Source of the DNA: Rhizophagus irregularis
Taxonomy: Eukaryota
Direction of reading: 5' to 3'
Assembly (NCBI RefSeq): GCF_026210795.1
Contig: NC_089429.1
Coordinates: 4,464,001 to 4,528,000 of the forward strand
DNA: 64,000 bases
Of the stretch, positions 37,805 to 49,634 are shown piece by piece. The translations under genes were made by a program, and so were the position numbers. Under the pieces are notes generated by a model. The model was not told the DNA's origin. It saw nothing but the letters and a program-made list of their open reading frames with translations, and did no database searches. Each line of letters starts with the position of its first letter. Position 1 is the first letter of the stretch.

Positions 37805-39678
37805 ATGTCTAATATTCGGAGAGAATTAATACGAGCTGTAATTAGTAGATCATTTACATCAATTGATTTTAATATTTACGTTAACTTTTATGAACAAAAC
37901 GAATTTCGTAAACAATTCGTTCTTGCTGATAATTCTCTTACAGAAGAAGAAAAAACTGAAGCAATAAGAATACTTAATATAGATTATGACCGAAATAAAA
38001 TTAAAAATAATAATGGAACAAGAAGAGTTTGTGAAAATTGTAACCAAAAATGTTTAGCTACATTATATTGTGAATATTGTGTTCGAAATTATTTAAAATA
38101 TAATTTTTCAAATTGGACTTCTGGAAATAATGTTATTGATAATTTAATAAAAAATTGTCAAATGGAAACAATTACGCCAACTGCTATTATTGAATGGATC
38201 CCATATAATAATTTAGAAAATATTAAATATCTGACAAAAGGTGGATTCTCAGAGATTTATACAGCTAAGTGGATTGATGGAAGATATAAAGAATGGAATT
38301 CTAAGGAACAGCAATTGAAAAGGTCTAAAACTATTACAGTAATACTTAAAGAATTAAAAAATGTTGAAAATGCAAGTCAAAGTTGGTTTGAAGAGGTTTG
38401 TAAGTTAAAAATATTTAAAGAACTTTAAAATAATAAATTTTATTATTAATAATTAAATTTTAAATTTTAAGGCTAAATCACATTTAACTTTAAGCAACAA
38501 ACTTTCATCTATTGTTCAATGTTTTGGTTTAACACAAAATCCATCAAATGGAAATTATTTACTAGTAATGTTGAAGTATAATATGAATTTAAGAGAATAT
38601 TTACAACAAAATAATAATCAACTTACATGGAATGAAAGAATTGAAATTACTTTTTCAGTTATTAATAGACTTTATTTTATTCATAAAGAGAATTCAATTC
38701 ATAGAGATTTGCATTCTGGAAATATATTATATTCACAGTTTAATGATGGTTGGCGGATTAGTGATCTTGGATTTTGTGGTCCTGCAGACAAGCCATCAAC
38801 AAGTATATATGGAAATCTTCCTTACATAGCTCCTGAAGTTATTAACGGAAAAGGTTATACTTTTAGATCTGATATTTATAGTATTGCAATGCTCATGTGG
38901 GAAATTTCATTTGGACAGCCTCCATTTATGAATTATGAACATGATTATATTCTTGCAATTAATATCATTGATGGTATAAGACCAAAAATTTTATCAGAAA
39001 TTCCTTTGAAATATAAAAGTTTAATGGAGCAATGTTGGGATGCTAATCCACTAAAAAGACCTGATGCTAAGACACTTAATAAAAAAATTAATGAAATTAA
39101 ATCATATTATCAAAATAATTCAAATGAATTACCTCAATTAATAACAAAGTTAGATAAGAAAACAAGCAATATTTTAAGTAGTAAACTATTTACAAGTAAA
39201 ATTCATAAATTTGAAAATCTACCTGAACCAAAAAATGCAACAGAAGGTATACTTTTTAATGTTCATTAACTATTTAATTTTTTTCTTTAATATTATAATT
39301 AATGATACACTTTTTTTTTTAATTAAATAATAATAGAAGAACAAAAAGGTAATATAAAATTAATAATATTATTGTATAAATCCTTTAATTAATAAATAAA
39401 TTGAGATAATCTCTTTTTTTTAAAAATAGCATTTTATATCAGTAGATCAAATAATTTTAGTCTTTCTGATAATAGTAAGTATTTATTAAAATAACATTGA
39501 ATTTTTATATAAATAAAATATCATATTGATTGGTTTTCATTATAGCTAGTAATCCTAGTAAATCAATTAAAATTAATTTTAAAGGTACTAATTTATTTTT
39601 ATATTAAAGTTTTATAATGAATAAATACTAATTTATATCTTAATTACTATAGATAATGATAGTAAAGAATCATCCTAA
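37805..39678 (+). CDS. TKL protein kinase (CxxC/WTSGN type), paralogue of 26395-28689, with a shortened tail
   Basis: Exons 37805-38395 and 38472-~39246, then micro-exons; HRDLHSGN, DLG, APE. Predicted TAA at 39676-39678; downstream ancestral exons to ~40070 carry further stops. Confidence 0.85.
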
Positions 39679-40369
39679 AAAATTGAAAATGGAGAATGGT
39701 AAAATCTTAAAATATGTAATTCTAATTTTCGTTGAAGATAAGAATGAATATTCTATTAAATTTTGATTTATTTTATAATAGTAGACGAACAAAATGACTA
39801 TGAGAGAGAAATAATGTAACAACGATCAAATATTAGTATTAATGGTAAGTAAAATAAATTATTATTTATAATAATGATCGAGTATTATTATTCTAATTTA
39901 TCTTATTTATATAATAGATGAAGTACAAGATAATCCAAATCTTCATTCAGAATAAAAAGATAAAACTCCCGATGGTTTGTTTATAATTTAAATATTTTTT
40001 TAGTAAAATTTTAAAAAATAATAAATATATTTATTTACTAATATAATTATTTCTCTAGACGGATTATAAATTGATTTTCAATTAATTTGAAAGTAAATTC
40101 ATTTTTAATATTTATTATCTTGTTTTGAAATTATTTAAACACTAAGATTAGAGTAGTAAAAAAAAGATTCTTAGTTTGTAATTAAATAATTCAATCCTCT
40201 ATTTTTTTTATAGGACTTTTCAATTATTAAATAAAGATATTATAAATTATCATAAAATATTATGTGTAAAAGTAATTCTGTAACAACGCATTAGTATTTA
40301 CAATAAAAAATAATTTACAAATCATTCATTTGATTATTATTTTACGCTCCAAATAACCTTAATTATTTA

Positions 40370-40672
40370 TGGCATAATATTAGGGCGAAAATAATACTAG
40401 AAGGTAAAAGCATTTTTGAATGGGGATGTTATTATTGGGTAAAATGTACATATGCTTGGATTGGAGTATGTTCATCAGAAAATTTTAATTGTGAAACTTT
40501 TGCAGGAACTCAATCTACCGGATGGGTATTAGGTTCTGGTGGTTATTGTTGTAATTCTGGTAATTATATAAAAAATTATTGTCCATTATTCGGAGATGGC
40601 ACAAAATTACAGTTCACCTAGATATGAATAAAAGAACTTGTGCTTTTATGGCCAATGATACAAAACATCAAA
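40370..40672 (+). pseudogene. SPRY-domain relic
   Basis: ...AWIGVCSSENFNCETFAGTQSTGWVLGSGGYCCNSGNYIKNYCPLFGDGTKITVHLDMNKRTCAF, frameshifted and truncated. Confidence 0.85.
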
Positions 40673-41031
40673 GATATTTAATTGTGAATTATAGAATAAA
40701 AATTTTTGCGTCATTATTTTTTAGCTAAGAGTTTGGGAATTTAAAAGAATCTTTCAGTAGATCGAGATTTAATTCGTTTAAAAAATATGTTTACTTACGA
40801 AATGATATGCTAAATGTTTCATAATGTAAAATTTGATGTAAACATTTTGATAGGAGATCAATCTTTCTATTGTGACTTAAATAAACTTACGTTGGCCGCA
40901 GTTACTTTGTCGATTTACTAAAATCGGCAAATCTAATTTTATTTGTAACCAAACCTTTTAACCATAAGAATATCACTGAAATAAATTACAAAATATATTT
41001 TTTTGGTAAAGAAAAAAAACTTTAAAAAATA

Positions 41032-41190
41032 ATGAGAGGATATTCATTAGGAGAAGTAGAGAAGATGACTTAAGATTATTAATATATAATCCAAAGTATA
41101 GTGATGTAGAAATTTTGCGAGGATGAAAAGAAATTATACAGTATGGTTTATATAGAACAATTTTGGCTGCAAGATCTGAAATGTTTGAGA
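41032..41190 (+). pseudogene. BTB N-terminal relic
   Basis: MRGYSL...LRLLIYNPKYSDVEIL...ILAARSEMF with indels, including a TACAGTA footprint at 41137-41143. Confidence 0.85.
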
Positions 41191-41765
41191 AAACTCTTGA
41201 ATCGGAGTGATTTAAGTGTATCAGAATTAACATAGTTTTATCATATTCATTTTTTTAAATTTATATTTATTGCAGTTTTTAGATTTCTGTGTACGTTGCG
41301 ATTACTGAGTGATTATAATTACAGGACGTCCAGTTTTTGTCTAATTTTATTTTATAAAGTAATTTATATGAGTAGCAGAATTTTGAAAATGGCAATAAGT
41401 AAATTAGAGCATTATGGAATAAAAAATTATTTGTTTTCAGTTATTTTCAGGAATAATCCCAGCAGATTTTATTAATTATATCGATATTAATTTATCGGAC
41501 AATCACATATTCAAACTCCAATTAACGCAATTGTTTACCAGCATAAATTGACATATCTAATCCTTCAAGAATGTGTATCAGGTTTAAATTTTTAACCGAT
41601 GTAGGTCGATCATCTCCTTCATTAAGGCGTGGCTAATGTCGGATATATTTTTTCCCATAGATGGTACAACATAACACAAATGCGAGCAAATACTAATTAA
41701 GTATTTAAATTCCTAAAATATAATCATTTATATATTTCTATTTTCTTTTTTTTTAAAAAAAAAAA

Positions 41766-43175
41766 ATGAGAGGAAATTCATTAGAAAAAGATTTGAGCTT
41801 ATTAATAAATAATCAAGAATATAGTGATATAGAAATTTTATGTGAAGATGAAAAGAAATTATATGGTTGTAGAGCAATTTTAGCAGCAAGATCCGAAGTA
41901 TTTGATAGATTACTTTATAATGGGATGAAAGAAAGTTATGAAACCAAAATTTCTTTCCCAAAGATTAATTCTGCTGGTATGAAAATTGTATTAGAATATA
42001 CTTATACGGGATCAATTAAAATAGAATCATTAACAAAGGATAATATAATTGAAGCATTTTACGCTGCTGACTATTTTCAATTACCAGGTCTTCAGGATTT
42101 TATTATGAATACATTCAAAAATACATTAGAAAAAAATTGTGATGAAAATTATTCACCAGAATTACTAACTAAACTTGCAGGGAAAATGCCATTAACAGAA
42201 GATAATATTCTACTAAATTTATTGGTTGAAGCGATAGCAGTTATACCATTAAACACCATTGAATTTGGTCGATTGTCTATTACAGGACTTAGATATCTTT
42301 TATCTTGTACACATGAAAAAGAAAAGTCTTTTGCAACCCCAGAATATGAAGTTTTTCGATATGGCGCTATTCTTGCAGCAAAACAAGTTTCAAATGAAGC
42401 ATATAATACTCTTATGGAACAGTTACCAACTTTAGAACAAATAAGACAAGAGAATCCAGTACAAACAAAAAACAAAATTATTGCCGATCACCAAAAAGTT
42501 GCCAAAGAGTTAGAGCATTTAGTTAAATTAATTGATTTTAGGCGAATTAAAGGTCAAATATTAGTTAATATTATTGAGCCGCTTGGCATTACCCCGATTG
42601 AAATTATTTTAAATGTTTATCGATATAATACATTATCGTTTAATTCAGATTTAAATGATACCCGAGGAATGCCTTTCAATTATGTTTATGATGAGTCAGC
42701 ATGTGGATCAAAACTTATTATTGAGGATAATGGAAAAGTCGTATGCGCACCAAATAATAATTTTACCGATTGGCAAAGTGTTAGTATTAAAGTGACTTTA
42801 GGAAATAAAAATTTTTTTGAATGGGATGTTATTATTGAGAAATTCTGTGAAAGTGCTGCTGTTGGAGTATGTGCATTAGAAAATTTTAATTATGAAACTT
42901 GGGCAGGGTATCAAACTACTGGATGGGTATTATCCTCCCAAGGTAGTAGTGTTAATTCAAATAATTGGTTAGGAAATTATTGCCCTTCATTCGGAGATGG
43001 CACAAAAGTCACTGTTCACTTAGATATGAATAAAAGAACTTGCGCTTTTACAGTCAATGGAACAAAATATCCAGAAGTATCAGCTTGGAATAATTTACCA
43101 TCAAAGCTCTATCCAGTAGTATCATTAAAATACCCTGGTCGATTTAGAATTCAACCTCATAAAAAAAATAATTAA
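41766..43175 (+). CDS. BTB/POZ-SPRY protein, single exon, 469 aa
   Basis: BTB and SPRY motifs as above; closest paralogue is 56331-57722. Confidence 0.93.
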   Translation: MRGNSLEKDLSLLINNQEYSDIEILCEDEKKLYGCRAILAARSEVFDRLLYNGMKESYETKISFPKINSAGMKIVLEYTYTGSIKIESLTKDNIIEAFYAADYFQLPGLQDFIMNTFKNTLEKNCDENYSPELLTKLAGKMPLTEDNILLNLLVEAIAVIPLNTIEFGRLSITGLRYLLSCTHEKEKSFATPEYEVFRYGAILAAKQVSNEAYNTLMEQLPTLEQIRQENPVQTKNKIIADHQKVAKELEHLVKLIDFRRIKGQILVNIIEPLGITPIEIILNVYRYNTLSFNSDLNDTRGMPFNYVYDESACGSKLIIEDNGKVVCAPNNNFTDWQSVSIKVTLGNKNFFEWDVIIEKFCESAAVGVCALENFNYETWAGYQTTGWVLSSQGSSVNSNNWLGNYCPSFGDGTKVTVHLDMNKRTCAFTVNGTKYPEVSAWNNLPSKLYPVVSLKYPGRFRIQPHKKNN

Positions 43176-46017
43176 TTGTGAAATTATAGAATAAAATTTT
43201 TTTATTGGAACTGAAAATGAAGAGCTAATTAAAGATATTTTCTTTAAAAGTTTTTTATGACGATTAAGTTAAATGTTTAAAAATTCAAACTTATCTGAAT
43301 ATTATAAATGTTGATGTAACAAATATTTTAATGTATATAAATCCTTAGCCATGCCGATCAAATATTTTGTCATTTGACAGCCGAGATTCGTTATGATTTT
43401 TGAACATATGATTTAAATCTAATCTTTTATTCTTTGATAAAAAGACTTCTATAAAATGGCTAGTCATTTTTAGTTACTAATTAAGTAAATGATGTACTGT
43501 ATGGCAAGCTGAGTTGGACAAAATTATCGGACATTGTGCGGTAAAAAATCATGCATGGCTAGACAAAATGTCACCCCGTGTCTGACATTTTACCTGTTTA
43601 TGCTTAATTTTCATCTGTCCCGTGCTTGATATTTATCTGTACGTGCTTGATATTTTTGATGTTTATCTATGATCTATCATGTGATTGATGTTTTTATCTG
43701 TTCGTGCTTGGTATTTTTATCTGTCCATGCTTGAGGTTTTATCTATCTGTACTTGGTGTTTTTGTCCAATTGTATTTGATTTAATCCAACTATATTTGAT
43801 AATTTTATCTTGTCAAAAATTAGTTTCTTTGTCAGCATAGGGTTGATATTTTGTCAATCACATGTTTTTTAAGTTTAGCATAGTTTATGTATGGGTATGC
43901 GAAAGAAATGAGTTCACAGTCAAAAGAAATTATAGAAAGATCAATAGTAGAATACGAAGTAATGTTAAAAATTCAAGAGAAGCACAAGCACACAGAATGT
44001 AATATTTTACACGAAATTAATTTTAATTTTATACAGATTCTTAATCAACAATCAGAGATTTGATTAGGAAAAAGTAAAGATTGGGAGTTAATAAGAGGCG
44101 TTTTTAATAACAGATTTAACAAGATTTCATCGAAGATAGAAGTAAAAAATTTAACTGATGATCTTTGGTATTTCTGTTATATCAATGTAGAATAAATATT
44201 TGGAATAAAAGATGTGACGAGGTAAATGAGATAGAAAAGAAAAAAGGAATAAAGAAGATGGATAAAAGAAAGCGTAAAATAAAGGAGTATGAGGTAGATA
44301 TTGAAGAAAATAAAGAAAAATCAAAAAAAACAAGTAGAAAATAATAAAAAAAGATAAAAACAGATAGAAAAAAAGATTAAATTAGTAACAAAAGATAGAT
44401 TGATCGGAAGGTTCACTGAGGTAGGCAATATTATATTAATTCAGATTATCTTAATTATTAGTTTAGAATTAATTGTTTAGTATAGTATAGGATAGATATA
44501 CTTTAGTTATAGAGGATAATTTAATTTTTTATTAAATTTTCTTCTAAGTGTTTAATAATTATGTAATCAATTAATATTATTGAATTGTTAATTAATCAAC
44601 GCGTTACTAATTTTTTTTTTTAAAAAAAAAAGAAAAAAGTTTAGCATAGTTTTTACACGAAGAATTTTTTTTTATTTTATTAGCTTTTTTTTTATAAAAC
44701 AATTTTGTAGAGAATTTTTATTTTTAATATAGGCAAAGGCTTTTTTTGATAGAATTTCTTTTGGAATTTTTTTTGATAAAAAATTTTGTTAGAGATTTTT
44801 TTTTATTGATAGGGACATTTCTAAGTTTTTTTTTTGATGGATAATTTCGTTAAAAAATTTAAATTTTATTGGAGAATTTTTTTTAATAAGAATTTTTTTT
44901 TTGACATATAACTTAATTTGTTGTAACAATTTTTTTAACAGGAGAAATTTTTTTTTTTGTAGAAAATTCTTTGGTGAATTTTTTTAATAGGAAAGATTTT
45001 TTTTGATAGAGAATTTCGTTAAGAATTTTTTTTAATAGGAATTTTTTTAATAGGTTAGAATCTTTAAATAGGGAAATGTGTTTTTTGACGGAAGATTTTT
45101 GTTAGAAATTTTCTTCAATCAGGATATTTTTTTTTGATTGAGAATTTCATTAGAGAATTGTTGGTTGAAATTTTTTTTGTTTTTTTGATGGAGAATTTTG
45201 TTAGAAGTCTTAATAGAAAATTTATCGATCTTTTTAGCGATAGTATGCTTTTGGATGATAAATTTCTGACGATCATCTTCCAAATTTATTCACTTTTTCG
45301 CTTAATTTGTAGTTTGTCATACGATCTACATGCATTTTTTCATAATTTCGGAAATGCTCAATGTGAACTTTTTTGATTCAATTTTATATAGCTATATATA
45401 TTGCTAATTGCAATTGCAATTGCAATAGCTATATAGCTATAGACGTTGTTATTGCAATATTGCTTCTTTGATATCATTAGAATAAAATTACAAAATATTC
45501 ATTTTTGTGCCACTTTCGCTACATATTAACTTGAGGCATCAAACAATAAGTTTTATATTTGTATTTGATTTTGTTGATCTTTATTGATTTTCAATAAAAA
45601 TAGATTCAAATATATTTCTTTTTCGTTAAAAAAATTGAAACGTGTAGATGATCATGTAGATCTTGTGATAATCAAAATAAAAAAGTGTTAGACGAAAATT
45701 TTTTTCAAAAATTTTTCTTTTTTTATAAATTTTTTTACATTTTTTTCTATTTGTAAGATTAAATATTTGGATATTACATAATCACAAATTAAATTTATAA
45801 GTGTATTTATTGCCGTTTTCAGAAATGTTGACAATTCAAAAATGGTGATCATTTTGCCGATCGAACACACCGAACACACCAAACACACGCCGAACACAAA
45901 CTGAATCACAAACTGAACACAAACTGAACACAAATGTTATACAAAATATTACATGAAAAACTGACGCGAAGTCGTAAATGTTACAATTTTTGTTTTTTTT
46001 TCATTACAATTATTTTA

Positions 46018-47816
46018 ATGTCAAGCTTAAAGTCAAGAAAATACCTTATAGGTTTATGTTTTCTTTGCCAAGAATGCTTATATTGTAGTAAAAACTGTAG
46101 TAATAGAGGTTGTAGGTGCAGAAATAATAAAGAAGTAACTCCAGAACATAAAAAAAGACAACCAAGAAAATATTATTCACGCGCTTTTCAACCTAAAAAC
46201 TCAATTAAATCATACCAGTTAGATGAATTAAAACGCGCAAATGAAGATTATGGATATAAAATGGACTTTTCTAAAGAATTTAATTTTTCATTGTGTACTA
46301 AATGTCATAATAAGTATAATCGTTTAGGTAAAAAAGTAGATAAAAATCAAGAGGAAGAAATTGAAATTATCATGGATGCAGATGATCCATTTCCTCTTGA
46401 AATTGCAGATACAAGTACGTTACGAAATATTTCTCCAAGTCTTTCATCAATCAATATATCTGGAACCGCAGATACAAACACATCACAGAATTTTTCTTCA
46501 AGACCATCATCTGAACCAAATGTGGATTCTTTGGCAAGTGAACCTCTTTCATTTGAAATCAAATTCAAACTAATCCTCAAATTTTCCGATGGAAAATGCT
46601 ATCCTGCTAAATGGGAATTTATCACAGTAGAAGATTTTTATGAATTTAAAAATGGTTTGGAAAATTTAATTCAATTACAACTTGAGGACCAAGTAATTTT
46701 CCAAGATGATTATATTATTTCATATAAGCATGAAAAGGGAAGTGGTTTAGGAACACAATTAGCAAGTACAAGAGACTGGGAAGAATTCTTAAAGGAATAT
46801 AATTGTATAACTTCTAATAATAAAGTATTAGTAATTATTATTACAATGAAGAAAAAACTTACTAACAAGCGAATTCATTTCAGGTAAATAATTTGCATTA
46901 ATTTAATTATCTTTAAAATATATAAAATTAATATTATTAACCAGAAAATATTAAATTTTTTTGTATTAGTGATGAAGATGATGAAGAAACGGGTAAGAAA
47001 AAGAAAAAAAGCACCAGTGATGATAGGAATAAAAGAAATAAGGAAAAAACTTCCTTGAACCAAATTCCAAAGGAAAAAAACATCAATGAAGAAGATGCAG
47101 AAATTGCGAAAAATGTTATGGAATTGCACTCTAAATGGTATTGTAACGAACATGAGAGAAGTTGCTATGTTGATTTAACAAGACATATTATCCTTACAAC
47201 AAATCATTTATCTACATGGGCGAGATCTATTGTAAGTTGAATTTTTAACATAGTTATCACGTTACAATTGTTATATCATATAATACATTCATTTAATAAT
47301 ATTCATATATATTATATACGTTTGTTTATTTTATAGAAAAATAATCTGGCTACCTTTGATGAACCTCCAACATTGCCATTATTTGATGCTGCAATTTCAG
47401 TAAAGAGAAATAATTTACAAAATTCAAATATTTCAACTTCAAATCCCTTTTACCCTTCTTCATCTAATATTACTACATCACCATCTTTTATTGCTATGCC
47501 TTTTCCCTTTTACAATCCAGGTATGTTTAACAATCAACAAAATTTACAATTTCAAGCGAATTGTATGCCTAATAATTTTTCACAAGTACCACAAACAAAT
47601 ACTTCACTTCATGTTTTATCAATTGAGGAATTTTTTGAGAATTTATCAAAGGAATTTGGCGAAAATATTTTTGAAGAAGTGAAAAATAAATTTATACAAG
47701 AAACAATTGATGTTTTGGATATATTTGATCTTAAAGAATCTGATTGGCAAGATTTAAACGTAAAAATTGGTTTAAAAACCAAAATCATTAGAGAAGCAGA
47801 AAAATATAGAAAATAG
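46018..47816 (+). CDS. Transposon-borne hypothetical protein (~535 aa): Cys-rich N-terminus, WxCxxH...CY...H...WA motif, SAM-like C-terminus
   Basis: Exons 46018-46883, 46970-47231 and 47337-47816 join in frame via GT-AG. CFLCQECLYCSKNCSNRGCRC...CTKC; KKKKK; WYCNEHERSCYVDLTRHIILTTNHLSTWARSI..EPP; SIEEFFENL...FIQETIDVLDIFDLKESDWQDLNVKIGLKTKIIREA. Confidence 0.8.
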
Positions 47817-47937
47817 ATCAATTATATTGTGATAGTTTGTAATATGAATTTTTTTTTGATACGATCATAATAGAAGTAAATAATAAAAAGTAACTGACGC
47901 GTCCATTTTATAATATAATTACTTTATTGATAAAGTA

Positions 47938-49130
47938 TTAAAGATACAATGATTTTTGGAAAAATGATTGAGCCATAGCAGGAGTAATTTGTGCACATGC
48001 TACTGTTAAAGTAAAATAAGGATCAGGGCAATTTTCTACATAATTTCTATTTCTTTTCAACCAGCCTTTAATTGAAGAAAAAGCAGTTTCAATTGGGTTT
48101 AAATCTGGTGAGTATGGTGGAAGAAATAAAATTTTACATCCAATTGATTCAATAAAATTAACTAAAAATTCATCATGATGGATTTGAGCGTTATCCATTA
48201 TTAAAACACTGTTCTTTTGGGGAAACGGATTCATATTTGGAAGCTATATGCATGTGTAACGCATAAATATTTGTTAATTTTTGTCCTATTAATTAAAAAA
48301 AGTCAAGCTAAAAAATTACACTTACTACTTTAGCCAAAATAAAATTAATAAATCGTTCTTTAGTACAACTTCCTTGCATAATATCTAATGAAATAATCCC
48401 ATCTAAAGACAAAGCTGGAAGTAACGTATAACGTGTTCCTCTAACAAATACAACTTTTTTTACCGCTGCTTGATTTCGCGGAGAATACCCATATTGTCTA
48501 CAGGATGTACGTTCATCTTTTGAACTTTCATCTATAAAAATAAGTTGTTCAGGTTGATAATATGTTCCAATAGTCATTATATAATGACCACATAAAATAT
48601 CACTCCTTTCTTTAGCGTGTTTTTCTAACTTTTAAATTAAAAATAAATTTAATTAATAATTTCAAATTTTAAAATAAAATTAGATCGTTAAATTTGAATA
48701 AACCTTTTTATGTGTAATTCCACAATACTTCAAATAACGCCATATTGTTGTATTGGAAACCCTTTTACCGGTTCTTCTTGCCATCTCAACAGCCATTTCA
48801 TCTAAATACATATCAGGCTTTTCTTTAATCATTTGTATCAAGATCTTTAAAACAAAAATTAAAATTTAATATACTAAAATAAATAATAAACACATTTTCA
48901 TAAAATTATATTATACAAACTTTTATGTCTGAATTATTAAAAATTTTTCTTTGTCCCTTTTGATCTTGTATTGGATCTTTAACATCTTTCCAAAGTATAT
49001 AGTAATTTAATACTCTATATATTGTTTTTTCGCTTACATAAAGAAATCTAGAAATTTTTTCTATCGAATAACCATCATTCCATAAATATACAATTCTCCA
49101 TTTGATATCTTCACTATATTTTTTTGGCAT
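47938..49130 (-). CDS. Tc1/IS630-type DDE transposase (~319 aa, 4 exons)
   Basis: Exons 49130-48921, 48844-48704, 48628-48326 and 48243-47938 splice in frame without stops. N-terminal HTH regions, IFIDES, IMDNAQIHH, LPPYSPDLNPIE; 34 residues between the second D and the E. Confidence 0.92.
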
Positions 49131-49634
49131 ATTCTAAAGAAAATATACATTTTAATATACTTATAATGAAAATTTCACACAATTTTATATCTAAATAATT
49201 AAAATTTTGACCAACTTTACTAAAGTTCAGCTCGTAATTTCGAATAAACAGAAGGAGAAGACCAGGGACAACGTCAAAAAAAAAAATAAATAAATATTTA
49301 TTCACGTATTTATCATATTTATTTTGTGTTCAGTTTGTGTTCGGTGTGTTCGGTGTGTTCGATCGGCAAAATGATCACCATTTTTGAATTGTCAACATTT
49401 CTGAAAACGGCAATAAGTGTATTTCTTTTAGAAAATAATGTGATATTTCATAAAAAATATTTTTTCTTACTATTTTTATTTTTAAACTACTTGAATTTAT
49501 AATTAATGAAAGAATTAATTCAAAATTCATGTCAGGTCATTTTCAAATTTTTATCATCTCAGTTCTTAATTTTTATATTACATTTATTTTTTATATAAAA
49601 TTTTTTTAAATTAAACTTCTTTTTCCAAATATAC

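Larger units (their letters stand above)
45807..49416. mobile_element. Two-gene IS630/Tc1-mariner DNA transposon
   Basis: Perfect 74-bp TIRs (45807-45880 and 49343-49416) continuing into gaacacacc/ctgaacacaaa subrepeats; encloses a DD34E transposase and a second gene; 12-bp direct repeat ataagtgtattt overlaps both ends. Confidence 0.92.

Noticed and set aside
45688..46017. 81-aa minus ORF and the 45934 start of the partner gene
   Set aside because: The ORF is a translation of TIR subrepeats; the ATG at 46018 after a T-rich leader is the more plausible start.
46018..47816. Partner gene as a Fanzor/TnpB nuclease
   Set aside because: No RuvC motifs or C-terminal zinc-ribbon arrangement are visible; the Cys cluster is N-terminal.
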